A stretch of DNA of 64,000 bases from Octopus sinensis. Taxonomy: Eukaryota. The stretch lies in the NCBI RefSeq assembly GCF_006345805.1, contig NC_043004.1, positions 74,152,001 through 74,216,000 of the forward strand, read 5' to 3'. Positions 12,060 to 25,389 of the stretch are shown here, piece after piece. Every line of letters begins with the position of its first letter. Position 1 is the stretch's first letter. Made by a program: the position numbers and the translations under genes. The notes under the pieces are model-generated. The model saw only the letters and a list, made by a program, of their open reading frames with translations, was not told the DNA's origin and did no database searches.

Positions 12060-12900
12060 ATTCATTGCACACTGACCCATATGCACATTTATAGGTTTCA
12101 ATTCAAAACCAGTTATGTAACATGGGACTTCAATGCTGAATTAGTTTCCTAAGTTCTCTTGAAATGTGCATATATTAGTATTTTTTTGTTTTAGTTTGGG
12201 AAAATTGCCATAACGTTGTAGTATTTTGTTACAAAGTTGACCTTAACTTACATTCTTCTTCGGCTTCGGAAATATATATTTATCAATTTCTCCTGTGGTC
12301 ACGTACACATAGTACAGGAAATTTTTTGTTACTGGTTTCTATTGGCTCCGCATTTCTCTAGCGTTCCTCTCGTTCTTTTTTGATCTGTTGGTGTCTATTT
12401 GAAAGCTGATTTAGAATGATGTTGTTTTCGTAGCCGGAATATGTGGCTTGCTAGTATTAATCTTCGCTTTGTAACGATTTTAAACTGTCTTCAAAAGATA
12501 AATGGTCTTGCCAGAACGATCTCAGGATCTTTCTCAAGCATTTCTGATGGAACACGTGTAGCGTTCTATTTTCACGATATTCTTCCATGCTTCACTGGCA
12601 TAAAGATCTGAGAGGAGACCCATTCTATTATAAATCTGTGTGTTTGAATGTTTAGCCAATGGTGGTAAAGGAACACATGGTGCAAATTTTCTTGAATATG
12701 AATGCAGCTTTGCCATCGTCGCTAGTCTCAATAATGATGTCGTTACCGGTGTTACTATCCGGATAGATGAATCTCTGCTATACCTCTTACAGCTCGATAG
12801 TTTTTCAATTAATCTTTATAATCGTTGTTGTTCGAGGGTCCTAATTTTAATGTTCGTCATTTTGCTCGTGTAAAGCTGTAGTTCTGTCTGTTGATTAAAT
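12060..12900 (-). mobile_element. Heavily decayed Penelope-like fragment (different family)
   Basis: Minus-strand remnants resembling ICTMCSFTTIG..MGS (PLE RT) and TNSALKSHV (GIY-YIG end); many stops. Confidence 0.4.
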
Positions 12901-13496
12901 ATTTCTTGTAAACGTGCCATCAATCGCTAATTTTGTTCTTCCGTTGTCAGCGTAATTATTCGTCATTTATTTTACACTAGCGTATTTGAGTTACTCTGTA
13001 CTCCAATTATATCTCGTATTTTGTACTATTGAGTTCTTGGATCATTTCGGCAGGCTACTGCTTGTTTCAGTAACCGTTGTTTCAGTAACAATTTTTCACA
13101 ATTCTTCTTCTTTAGAGAGTTGCAGTGATAGATGCAATATAGCTTGAGACAGGGTGCTTGGCACCAATGTGCCCTCAGTCCTTCACAGACTTCTGTCAGA
13201 AGGGCAATGTAATCTATACATTCTATAGAGGGTAAGAATTGGCATGAGCGGTGATGTTCTCGGTAAGACTGAGGAGGAACAACTAATTTGTCTATCCAAG
13301 AGGACTTCCAGCCTTGGACAATTTTCAAAAAGTAGTAAAATACGACTGCGCAATCTCCTAGAGTAGTGAATAATTAACAGCAGTGTAATTACTTTTCCAT
13401 TCATTATGTTTCCCATTTTCAAATCTTGCCCTAAATATTTCATCACTCAGCAATTCAATGAGATTTTTCTGCAAACTGTACATCAGTAACATTAGT

Positions 13497-13893
13497 GGAG
13501 GCGCAATGGCCCAATGGTTAGGGCAGCGAACTCGCGGTCGGAGGATCGCGGTTTCGATTCTCAGACCGGGCGTTGTGCATGTTTATTGAGCGAAAACACC
13601 TAAAGGTCCACGAGTCTCCGGCAGGGGGTGGTGGCGACCCCTGTTGTACTCTTTCGCTCCAACTTTCTCTCACTCTTTCTTCCTGTTTCTTGTCCTCGAC
13701 TTCCTACGCAACCTCTGAGCCTGGATGCGCATTCATCCATACGTCGATGTTCTCGGTGTCGGGGTTGACCTGCTTTCTCTTCTGCGGGTCTTACGAATAG
13801 AAAAGGACCATGTATCGGACTTCTCCCACTCCAGAGGCGCGATTTTGCGAGCTCTCGGACGAAGGCCGCTTCGCTCAACAAACAAACAAACAA
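13497..13893 (+). mobile_element. tRNA(Arg)-like-head SINE, body type B, (AAAC)n tail
   Basis: GGAGGCGCAATGGCCCAATGGTTAGGGC (box A) and GGTTTCGATTC (box B); diverges from type A after ACTCTTTCTTC. Confidence 0.85.
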
Positions 13894-14499
13894 TCATCAA
13901 CATTAACATGAACAGGAAATGTCATCCAGTGCGTGTATTTAACTTCAGTAGGTCACTAAACCGAGCTTGCATATTCTCATGCAGGTTTTGAAAATGTTCA
14001 GCATACAATACAAGGTAATCACTATGCGGATTACTGCTCATTAATTCCTAAATAGGAAATCGTAATTATGCACGATATAAAATATACATTTTATAGAGTT
14101 GTGCTTTCCCTAGAAAAGCAGTAATAGCTCTTTAGGCGAATATGAGATAAGCTGTTTATTAATCAGATTTATTTTATCAAATATATCTGCTCAGTAAAAT
14201 ACATCACATTTAGCAGCAACCATTTAATGGTTGTTAGCCAGAAATGAGAACGGACTTTGTAATATCTGTCTAATATGTCGGATTTTCTCCATTTTTGTCA
14301 AATTTTTGCAAATTGTTTTCTATCCAACATTTCGAATCAATGGAGGAAGCTTTTAAAACACAAATTAATCCATGAATTTAAAAGTCTCGAAAGTGCCTTC
14401 AGGAAAACAGCAAATGCTAAAACCTTTTCCGTCTTCGTTATTTTTCATGTTATAGTGTTTTTCTGTATTTCCGTATTTTAATCTGGGATCTCAGCACCG

Positions 14500-16053
14500 T
14501 CATCCTCTGAAAAGCGGGCAGTTTGCTACTCTAATAAGCCCGTATGCACCTACTTTGACTAACTGTGGTGAAGATGAAACTATTTTTTATACCCAGCTGA
14601 GAGCCATACTTAGAACAATCCCTAATTCTGATAGTCATTCTACTGGGGGAATTCAAAGGCAACGTCGGAACAGGCCGGCAAACATGAATCTCTCTAGGAC
14701 GTTTTAGAGTAGGGAAACAGAATAGGAATGATCTTATCCAAGGTCTAAAGTTTGGCACCTGCTAGATTACGTCATCATCCGCAAGCGTGACGTCTGTGAT
14801 ATTTGCAATGTCAAGTCCTTTCATGGATCGGAATGCTGGACAGGCCACAGTCTGGTGCGAGCAAAGTTCCGATTGATGAATAGAGTGAAAGAGAGAAGAA
14901 GGCCAGTTGGCATTCCTCGGCGTCTGAAACATGATGCTGTGGTGAGGGATATAGCTTCCAACTCGCTTGTCCAGAATTGAAAATACTGTAGAATGGGAAG
15001 AGTTTTGAGACCAGGTTCTTCAATATGCTGCTGAATCACTGGGATATGCTACTACCAGATACAGAGACTGGTTTGATGAAAATGATACTGAAGTTCAGCG
15101 ACTATTGGTGTTAAAGCGTCGTGCCCACAATGTATTGCTACACAGAGGACTTTCTGCTGTGCAGCAAAATCTAGTTCTTGCCCACTATAGCAGTGTAAAA
15201 TCACTACTGCAGCGATCTCTCAGGAAGATGCAGAACACTTGGTCGGAGGATCTTGCTCTGATGTTCAGGCTGCTGCTAATGCAAATGACAGCAAGAAGCT
15301 TAACCATCTTATGAAGCAAGTTTATGGGCCTAAGAGCTCTGCATCAGCTCCTTTGCTTTCCAAGGAGTCTTCCACTCTATTTACTAAATCAACAGAAATC
15401 ACAGGTCGCTGGATCAAACAGGTCACTGAACTCCTAAACCATGAGCCAGTTGTGGATGAAACTATGATTGATATTATGCAACAAATACCTATAATTGTCT
15501 CATTAAATTCCACGCTCTCAATAGATGAAGTAATGACATAATGACATCACAAAGTAAATTGAATCTTGGTAGGGCACCTGGAAAGGATGGAATTTGTGCT
15601 GAGGTCTTGCGATTTGGTGGTGATTACATCATACAGTCCCTTGATGAACTTATTAGTGCAATGCCTAAGGGCTGGAAAGATGCAATTATTCTTCTCTATA
15701 AAGGAAAAGGAACCTGAACAATGTGTGGTAACTACAGAGGTATTGCTCTACTATCAGCAGTTGCAAGGTTCTAGCAAATATTCTTCTGACCCGCCTGAAT
15801 GAGTGTCTCGTAAATGATGCTCTTCCTAAATCTCAATGTTGCTTCCGATCTGGTAGAGGGACAATGGATATGATTTTCACAGCAAGATAGGTGCAGGAGA
15901 AGTGCTCTGAGCAGAATATGGATCTGGTCCAGGTATTCTTGATTTAACGAAGGCCTTTGATACTGTGAATAGGACCTTTCTGTGGAAAATACTTGGCAAA
16001 CATGGATGGCCGGATCACATTGTATTTATAATTAAATCATTTCATGATGGGAT
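14500..16053 (+). mobile_element. RTE-clade LINE, decayed APE-RT fragment
   Basis: LLGEFKGNVG..LGRFRVG (APE), GRAPGKDG, SQCCFRSGRGTMDMIFTAR, DLTKAFDTVNR, IIKSFHDGM. Confidence 0.8.
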
Positions 16054-16114
16054 GGATGCTTGGGTCATTGGATGCTTGGGTCATTGGATGCTTGGGTCAT
16101 TGGATGCTTGGGTC
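16054..16114 (+). repeat. 16-bp tandem repeat (GGATGCTTGGGTCATT) x3.8 at the RTE truncation point
   Basis: Direct reading. Confidence 0.9.
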
Positions 16115-16682
16115 TATATGCATATATACCTAGGTACACGTTATTCCCATACACACGCATACATCTATCATTTATGCTTACACACAGTGAAAAGAAAAGT
16201 ATATAAGCGAACACATAAAAAAGCTGAAACATACTGGCAAACATATACATATATATAATGCACACATAGATATCTATACACACATATATATACAACACAT
16301 TCCCCGCGCTTATGTGTTAGTACTCACACTTTATACATAATACACTTCTAACACATACCACGTTTGCTTTTGCTAATAGAAGAGAGACGAAAAGAAAAGA
16401 AAGAAGGCACAAAGCGAATTAGATAAGTTGTGGTAAGTGGGGAGCAGAGTGAATAGAAAAACGTTTGAATTTTGGTACATTACCTTTCAATAAGAGAATC
16501 GCGTGGGATAAGAGAAAAAAATTCAATAGAATTTATAGTTTACTTGAATATTCTTGGAAACTAACTTCAAAAATTCCCTACCTATATTAGTTTTTACGGC
16601 AATGTAAAATGTGGGATTAAACCACTAAACCTTCCTAGTTCTAGTCATACGTGCTCTATTACTGTTAGTTAAGCCTTGACTA

Positions 16683-17917
16683 TACAGGTCAACACTTAAA
16701 TTCTGTCTGAAATTTGAAAAAAAAATGTTATATTTCACTGAAATTTAATCCTCAATGTACTTTCCCTGACTATCTATGACATCCTTCCATCTATTTACTG
16801 GCATTTAAATCCCATCAATGTAAAACTCGTTTGGTTTCAAAGCAAAGAACTCTGAAATGACACTTTCGACCTCCTGCTGGCTTGCGAAAATTATGTCCCC
16901 CAAATGATGCTGTAAACTACGTAACAAAATGTAGTCTGTAGCAACAAGGTCGGGAGAATAAGGTAAGTGAGGAATATTTTCCCAACCAAGCTCTTCGATA
17001 TTCTGTAATGTGATATTTGCATTGTGGGGTCGCGCATTGTCCTGATGAAACATCACTCCTTTTCGATTCACTAAAGCGAGTATTTTCTTCTTCAAAGCTT
17101 GGTTCAAATTGCTGAGAGTAGACTTGAGCATTGACTGTTGCATTAGGTGCTAACAATTCAAAGAGAAGAAACTTTTTCCCATGAAGTTCCCTTCTCGGTT
17201 GTGGTTGAGCTTTTCCTTTTTACCAAGCCACTGTTTACGACATTTAACATTTCGATAGAGAATCCATTTTTTCATCACCAGCCACAAATCTATCCAAAAA
17301 GGGTGAAATGAGTTCGAGAGAATGGAGAGAAGAGCACATGTCAACTCAGGATTTGCGGTTGCTTTCGGACAATTCATGAGGCACCAATTTTCCAAGTTTA
17401 GGAACCTTTTAAAGTTGTTGAAGAGGATGACAAACAGTTGTATGGTTTGAACTAAACTTTGTTGCCAAGTCTTCAACTGATAGTACAGGATTTTCTTCAA
17501 TTAATTCCACAAGGAGCTTATCATCAAGCTCAACTGGACGTCCAGTTCGATCTTCATCTTCAAGGCTAAAATGTCCACTTCTGAATTTTCAAACCATCTT
17601 CTGCAAGTTCTTTCATTCAAGCATCTTTCCCATAAACTAAGTGTATGTTTCAAGTCGTTTCGGCTGCAGAGTTTCCTTTTTTTCTTCTCATAAAGAATTA
17701 TGTGCCTCAAATGCTCTTTGGATACTTTCATGTTAGAAAGGGTTTTAATAAAAGCAATTTTAATTCTATTATTCTGTAAAATAATATTTAATTAGATTAA
17801 ATCTACACAAATGCATAAAAATAATTTTTAATTCCATTGGACATTCTAAAACAGTATTGAATTTCATTCAATTTTAAAAAAGGTAAAATAGGTAACAACT
17901 TATGGGATGACCTGATA
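16683..17917 (-). mobile_element. mariner (DD34D) transposon, full length but disrupted
   Basis: MKVSKEHLRHII, ENWCL (WVP-like), FHQDNARPH, HLPYSPDLVATDY; diverged TIRs (CAGGTCA..TAA.TT) about 1.23 kb apart. Confidence 0.85.
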
Positions 17918-17926
17918 CTTAAAGAG

Positions 17927-18520
17927 GTGAATATCGAAATATGAAGGATCGCTACTAATCTTAAATTTAGTGATAGTATAGAACACATTCACCCACATCA
18001 ATCTTTTATTACCCTTAAGGACCACCAACCCAATTTTCGTAGGATCCCTAAATGTAGACTAATTAACCCAGCTAAAATTAGAAATAGATATTATTAGTGA
18101 GAATATTTTAGAATATATCATACTGAAATATTTGTTCCAGTAGATAGTAAAAGCTAAGCATGTGAGTGCACGTGAGTAAATAAATGTAAACACTTTGTTG
18201 ATGATGCTGTTCTCGGCATCTTTGTTGTTAATGTTGTTTTTGCTCAGTATTATTTCTTTCGCCATTCTCGGAAATTCCCTGGTAAATTTTATGATCAGCT
18301 TCACCGATAAATGTTTTGGGTTTTTGAATTATCTTTTCTTAGTCCTTGGTCTGAAAAGTAAATTTGTAAATTTATTATTATTGAAAAATAAATTAGTAAA
18401 GACAAGATTTCTAGCAATATTTTTCAGGAGATTTTTCAAAGGATTCTAAGACTAAGTGCGCAGGATTGGAAACTTAGAAGACAGAGAGCACATTGGAAGT
18501 TACTGATCTAAAGCACAATT
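17927..18520. mobile_element. Two contiguous pieces of a PLE RT in opposite orientation
   Basis: Plus 17927-18130: IATNLKFSDSIE..FITLKDHQPNF..CRLINPAK. Minus 18191-18520: NIARNLVFTN..NSIINKV. Confidence 0.6.
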
Positions 18521-18960
18521 TCTTATGTCCCTGGACAATTACACTAGATCCCCAATTTCCTACGTTGCACCCGTGTATCCCTACAAATCTTATTTGTACC
18601 CCTAGTCAAAGCAGGCTTACATTTTATTATTTTCAATATTTGTTTTTAGAACGCGGGCATTTAGTAGATGAAAGGAGTGAGCTAGTACATCCTGTTACAA
18701 AACTATTTGATAGTTTTCTAACGAAGCTATTGTACATAAATGCATGAAGCATCATATTGAAATTTTTTCCAGAGGATAGTAAACGTTTAAATTTGTATTT
18801 TGATATCATAATTCACAAACTTAGAATATTTCTTATTTTAAGTAGGATTGTATCTAGTGACTCATTCTCTGCATGAAAAAAATTAATCAAGTTAATGATA
18901 ATGCTATCAGGTGTTAGAAAACGTGATAATTTCAAACACCACCACTCCCGTTTGCTTTAA

Positions 18961-18966
18961 TATAAA
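18961..18966 (+). promoter_or_regulatory. Possible TATA box of the secreted-peptide gene
   Basis: TATAAA 230 nt upstream of the ATG. AT-rich context makes a chance match likely, and an acceptor at 19150-19151 implies an unlocated upstream UTR exon. Confidence 0.2.
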
Positions 18967-19189
18967 CAGTTGAGATTTCTACAAAACAGATGAATAAAAA
19001 TAACCTTTACATATTTGTATTTATATCTATCAATCTTAATTTGCATCTTTTGTTTCTGAATTATTTTTGTGAGAAATTCTCATCACAAACATTTTGAAGT
19101 CCGCTTCAATTGTTCTCCAAACGCATAAGTACCGACAGTAAACTCTTTCAGTATCAGATTTTGTTCTGGCAATTGACCAAAACACAATC

Positions 19190-19238
19190 ATGATGCAAAG
19201 AACATTCATCATCTGCGCTTTGCTGCTCTTTGTAACAG
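19190..19238 (+). CDS. Host gene, first coding exon: signal peptide MMQRTFIICALLLFVT
   Basis: Upstream acceptor CTCTTTCAG (exon starts 19152), ATG at 19190, hydrophobic core, phase-1 donor CAG|GTAAGA. Confidence 0.8.
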
Positions 19239-19756
19239 GTAAGAAATACTAGTCAAACATTTGCCTTCCACTTGTCACATTTCTTTTGCATCTCTTTATT
19301 AATATTGTCCTCTAGTCAAGATATGATGGATTGAAACAATATTCATGCCGTTGTATTAAGTTAAGGCTTTCATGTTCCTCGCTTGGGAACATAAAAAGGG
19401 CCAAGGTCGATGTTAACTTTCACTCATTCACTCATCTGTGGGTCGATGACATACTAGTCCTATACATTTCTTCAACGTATGAAATCCTAGTCAGATTTTG
19501 TGATTATTTGTCGCTGAAATCAACTTTGTTTTCTTAAATTTCTGATAGATAAAACTAATTTCACATCAGGAACTGATATAGATTTAATCGAGTTTGTCCT
19601 TGCACCAACATGTCTTCCTGTGTGATAAATTAACAATCAGTAACTTGGCAGTGTCGGTGGAATGTAAAATACGATTACATGAGACATTTAGTTAAGTAAG
19701 CTGTACTTTACATGTTTCTGTGTTTGTTGTTCTAAAAAAACAAAACTAGCAAAATA

Positions 19757-20850
19757 CGAGGTTGAACTGAAAGGCTCATAGGCGGACAGTGGAGGGTTGA
19801 TATTAGAGATGTAGAATCATGTATGCATTCATTTCAAATCTTCTTCTTAATAACTTCATATTTCTTTCAATGTAAACTGACATCTCCCTTTTCAAAGCAG
19901 ACTTCAAATGTAATTAATACCGATTTCCCTTGATGATGGACAAAATTTTGAATCGTGATGTTATGAATTACCTGCAGAAAAAGGGTTTAGCCCCCAACGA
20001 CATTCATGCTGATATGGTTGCTACATTAGGGGATGATGCCATAGCTTTATAAAACGGTGCAAAAGTGGGCAGCTGAATTTAGGACGGGAAGGGTGAGTCT
20101 TGAATATAACCAAAGGTCTGGACGTTCTGCAACTGCCACCCCGAAGGAAACAATGATCGCGTTCACCACATGGTGAGGAATATAAATGGTGACTGAATAG
20201 AAATAAAACAGCCAATCCTTTTAGCGTATCCCGTGCGAGAGTTGAGAATATTCAGCACACCGAACTTGGTGTGCTCGATGAATGCCAGTCTTCTGACACC
20301 TCATCTAAATAGTATCAGATTTGTTATATCACGAGAAAACCTGACATTTAGACAGATCCAACTGGTTTCCGTAAACGTTTCCTAACCTATGTGGAATATT
20401 AGCTTCATCACTTTGCGCCAGATGCAAAGAGACAATCCATGTAGTGGAAACACTCCAACTCAAACGAGGCCAGGTTTGTTTCATCTGCAGAGAAGGAAAT
20501 GGTCATGGTTTTGGTGGAAACAAAAGGTCCTGTGTTTATTAACTGTTTTCGAAAGGGCCACACTATCAAGGGGGTGTAGTATGCAAACGTGCTGCAGACG
20601 TTACACAACGCTACCATGACCAAACACCCAGAAAAACTGACGGAAGGTGTATTGTTTCATCAGAACAATGCTCCAGCACACAAGTCTTTTGTTTCAATGG
20701 CTGTCGTCCGTAACTGTGGCTTTGGACTTGTTGATCACCTCCCAAATATCTTTGATTTAGCCCTATCTGACTATCATCTGTAACCCAGGTAAAAACAACT
20801 TCGTGGGAAACTAGTATTGTAGTAATCATGATGTCATGTCTGTTGTTGTG
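19757..20850 (+). mobile_element. Decayed mariner transposon in the host intron
   Basis: TIR-like TACGAGG.. start; HQNNAPAHKS and DHLPNIFDLALSDYHL motifs. Confidence 0.75.
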
Positions 20851-21614
20851 ACTTGTTACATTTGGAATCTTCTTGAAAACTCAGATATCAGTATACCTGA
20901 AAAGAAACAATACAGTTAAGTAGAATTGTAAAAATTAATGCAAGTTTCCACAGCTCTTGAATCACTCTTTCATACGTCAGCTTATGAACATTTCAGCCCA
21001 CACTTGTAGTAAATTTATTCTAGTTGGTCATTCTCTGTTGGAAAATGTATTTTATCGATTATAGTAACGTATGAATATCCTAAAGTTATTTCTACTCATC
21101 TACCTTCGTTTGTAGAAATTCTTATATGAAGTAGATATTCACTGGCAGGAAAGATTTTAAACGTCTGACAAAATAATCACTTGAAATTTAGCATCGGTTA
21201 CAAGTCGTTGGTAACTCTTCTCCCACTTACACAAATCTATAACACACGTACGGAAGCATACACATATATACGTATACATATACAATCATATGCATGCTTG
21301 TGAAGGTAGGTTTGCATGTATAATTTTGTCATTAATAAATGCCTCCTGAAAAGTATCAATTTAAGTTGTTAAAACAGTTATAGAAATCATTACATCAACT
21401 TCTCTACACAGACGTAGATGCGGTATTCATGGACGATGTGAAATTATAAAGTTAAATTATGAAACCACTTACACAGCAATCGAATACTCTTATGCCATTG
21501 CAAACAATGGTCATTTCTCTGACTTGAAAATACAGCTAGGATCATGATGAATGTCCTCCTAAAATTGGAGCGACATGCGTGCTAATTTGTGGACGTGCAT
21601 AAATTACATTCACG

Positions 21615-21640
21615 TACACACACACAGACACACACACACA

Positions 21641-21692
<52 letters not shown>
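21615..21692. repeat. (CA)n microsatellite
   Basis: Direct reading. Confidence 0.95.
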
Positions 21693-21696
<4 letters not shown>

Positions 21697-22584
21697 TCCT
21701 GCCTTTTATATATACAGATTTCGCTTTCGCGATCCGTATTATGTAAAATATATATGTTCATAAATTCCGCCATTTTGTAAGGTTATCAGCTTATTTCTGT
21801 TACAAATCAATGGACAATTCTGTACTTACTTAATGAATGAATTATTCAAATAGGATAAAGAGAATACAATTAAGTCAAGTTTTTTACTGTCATACATTTA
21901 ATTATCAAAATTTGAATTACAGCTATGTCAAGTCTATGATACACTTTAATTACACTTATGATCAAGTATGAAAAGTTGAGTCAGTGAAAAGATACAATAG
22001 GTGTGTCCCGGCTTCTGTTAATGTATAATGTTATATTATACCACAGAATAACAACTAAGATAGATCCACCAAGTCCCTATTCCGTTTTATGTTCGTCTTT
22101 CTCCTGATATTTACCTGTATTTATCTGTTTACTCAAAATCTCCAAGAGTTTGCAGCCTTTTGAATCCGTAGATATATTTCTAATACAAATGTTCCCTCTT
22201 ATTTACAACGCACCCAAGTAATATGAAGGACTCGACAATCTTAAGAAGATTATCTTTCACATACATTTTAAGTTGCTGCACAAGTTAATCAGGCGCAGAA
22301 TGACACAAAACTAAAATTTTCTTTAAATCAAAGATATCACATATCGAACTAGATGCAGAAATCAACGACTGTACTCCACGATCAGTATGACTCACAAGGT
22401 CACAATTCGGCAGCATACAGTACGCTCCTTATTAGTGAGGGGAATAGTTCGCTCCTTGCTTGATTAAACACACATTTTGTGATAAATTCATTTTTGTTGT
22501 GGATGTCACGATAGAACATGGTAGCGAAATATATTTCAAAGGTAAAAGTAAACAGAGGTTTCCATCTTCTTCTGCAAAAGCCTG

Positions 22585-22655
22585 AGACTGAACCCCAAGA
22601 GACTGAACCCCAAGAGAGTGGACTCCAAAAGAATGGACCCAAAAGAGTGCTTCCC
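22585..22655. repeat. Degenerate 15-bp tandem repeat (GAGACTGAACCCCAA)
   Basis: Two exact and about three degenerate units. Confidence 0.7.
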
Positions 22656-22699
22656 AAACATTTACTCTGGCTTTCATGTCTTTATGGGATTGTTTTCCC

Positions 22700-23000
22700 A
22701 TAAATTACTATGTGAGGAGGGCGGTTTAGAAAGACACGTTGTGCTTGTGGTGAAGACTAAGGAGCTCGAAAATCGAGATGTTTGAAGATGTTTCCAGAGA
22801 CATAATTAGGGATGTATGTACTCGGTTCCGGAACCGACTTCAGGTTGTGGTGGAAGCTGAGGGCGATTACATTAGTCGACCGTTATCTCCCAGCCATAAT
22901 GCACTTGCTGATTTTTTTATTGTTTTAAATACTTTCATTTCTGGTTGAGAGATTTTCTTTTCCTTTTATGCAAACTGTTAAATTCAACCAGAATACGCTT
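22700..23000 (+). mobile_element. Tc1/mariner-superfamily 3' fragment
   Basis: CTRFRNRLQVVVEAEGDYI resembles the C-terminal helix of Tc1-type transposases. Confidence 0.5.
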
Positions 23001-23018
23001 ACATGCACACGCTCCCTT

Positions 23019-23065
<47 letters not shown>

Positions 23066-23685
23066 CACACACACATATACATGCTTGCGTCTTCGTATCT
23101 TAGCGGTATTGTAGAGCTGCTTCCGTCGGTTGTGATGGTGTTACCTTCAGGCATAATCGCATTAGCGAAATTCCACGTGGTATAAGATATATTTTTGAAA
23201 TCCGCTTTGATTAATGCAACGCTGGTACTGAAAATGATAGGAAAACTAAACCAGTTACTGTTTTAGGCTGGAGGGGTCGGCATAAATGTAGAAGGAAACG
23301 TTCAAAGATATCTTTTGAAACGGCACTCTTCGCTAGCACGTCCGATGATGTTGACAGCACCATTTTATATGTATGTCGCAAAAGCAATATACAATACCAT
23401 ACGGAAGAAAAAGATTATTCTGAAATAAATATAGAGAATCCTCCTGTTATCGAATAGGTACACAAATATCAGTTCAAGAAATACTGGTGGAACATTTCCA
23501 TCAAAACATCTGTCAGTTAGGATTAGCTTTTATTGTAAGAGGAACACTAAAATTATGCAAGACTTTTCGTAAATTTAAAATGTAAATTTAAAATGTAACA
23601 ATGTCTTCGTTATCTACATTCCAAAGATAGAGCTTTCTATCTTTGTTAGAAACCAGCTCCTTACATTTATTTTCTTATTTTACAG

Positions 23686-23924
23686 CTGTGCAGTCTATCG
23701 GTATTTGGCCTCAACCGCCATCAACTCAACCATCTCCATCACTTTCACCATGTGGATGGTATAACACATACTATTTCAGGTGTTGCGCAGGCCATCTCGT
23801 TCACAAACGACATCCCACTAATAATGCTTGTTGTGGTAGTATACCTTACACCTCCGGAAGCCCCTACTACGAACAATGCTGTCATCATAATTGGCCTTTT
23901 TATCATAAATTCGTATGCTGGTAA
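23686..23924 (+). CDS. Host gene, last coding exon: Cys-rich galaxin-like secreted peptide (95 aa with exon 19190-19238)
   Basis: Acceptor TTTTCTTATTTTACAG; phase 1 joins G|CT (Ala); product ..PCGWYNTYYFRCCAG..NACCGSIPY..EQCC..VCW; AATAAA at 24214-24219. Confidence 0.8.
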
Positions 23925-24289
23925 ATCCTAATGTAACGTGAGAATTTGCTCGATCCTGTCTCAATGATTCAATGACATAAATAATTACATTCATTATATA
24001 GATTGTTAATTTTAAAAATATAACAAACGATGCTATTATTAATGTAGGATATATAATGCCGCTGAGGCCGATTTTGAAACCCTTTTTAACGTATTACATA
24101 AAACGCTGTAAATCACTTACTTCTCTTCCTGTAAGACTTTCGTTAACTTCCTTTCGTTAATCAGAGATAATTTGTTTAAATTTTAAAAGTATCATTGTTC
24201 AGAAAATATAATGAATAAAAATCATGAATTGTATCAAATGATGTTTGTTCTTCTCTATGGATGATTTATGTATATTGAAATCAAAGCAT

Positions 24290-25000
24290 TCTTTTACACG
24301 ACCATAAACTTGAAACTGCTGTTTTGCGCGAACAGGTAATGCATTCCTGTAGCACTGACAGGTCAGGGATTTTGGGAAGTTATCCAAGTAGCCCGGCCTG
24401 AAAGTTTTTTTGAACAGGTTGGCAAGTTGGTTCTCGTCGAACCCCTGAGCCCCTCCTAGGACGTCATCGTTTTTAGCCTCTACCAGCCCTCTATAGAACA
24501 CCGAGGTGGTATTCCCGCAGCTGGCTTTGCCCGTCTTGTGGATCGGCCAGAGTGGCTGCCGGCACTCCTTCTGTTATAAAGTCAGGTTACGTCTTTTAAT
24601 GAAACCGGGTTTAAATCTCTCCAAAGAGGCCGGTCACGGCAAGAACTCCTCCGCCAACGGACTCCACACCTTATCACCCTCCAGGTGGCACTAGAGAAGT
24701 CTCAGCCTCAACGCATGTCTGTGCATCATTAGCCAGGGAATCCCCAAGCCACCCTTTAGCGGTTCCTAGCAGCACACGGAGCGCCTCACAAGTGGCTTTC
24801 CCCGTCTCCACAAAAAGCGGAAGAGGAGTCGTACCAGCTTGTTTAGCCAAAAATCGGGGCAAGGCACAACGGACAGGCGGTAGGTGATTACAGATGCTAT
24901 AAACACCGGCACCACCTCCGCCCTGCCCTTCAAAGACAGAGGCCTTCCGGACCACTTCCGTACTATGACCTCCATCTTATCCACTACCTCAAAAACACGA
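24290..25000 (-). mobile_element. Tx1-clade LINE, RT C-terminal fragment
   Basis: KWSGRPLSLKGRAEV..FIASVITYRLSVVPCP..LFRFLW and CYRNALPVR. Confidence 0.8.
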
Positions 25001-25389
25001 GAAACTTGTCACAAATGACAAGAAAAAAATGAATTTTTCAAAAATAACCTGTAAAGGTTAAGAGTTCGCACAAAAAACAGAAATTTTATGCCCCGTAGGG
25101 CAAAAATTACTGTGTGTCAAAAAGACAAGTTTAAAAATTAAACTTGTAACACGAGAACAAAAGGGACTGACAGAAACGAACTGACACAACAGTTAGCTTG
25201 CAGCAGAAAAACATTCGACGTAGATCCAAGGAAAAATGCAAAATAACCACCGGTCTTCGATGCGAAGGGGTCCCCAATGCAAATACATATATTCTTTTTC
25301 CAGTGACGGAAAGTCACTGATCTCGAAAAAGTGTAAACAAGCAATAATAATTCTCTGAACGAGGTATAAACAGTAACTGCATGACAATG

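Noticed and set aside
13497-13575. tRNA gene call for SINE heads
   Set aside because: No complete cloverleaf; heads continue into repeated SINE bodies.
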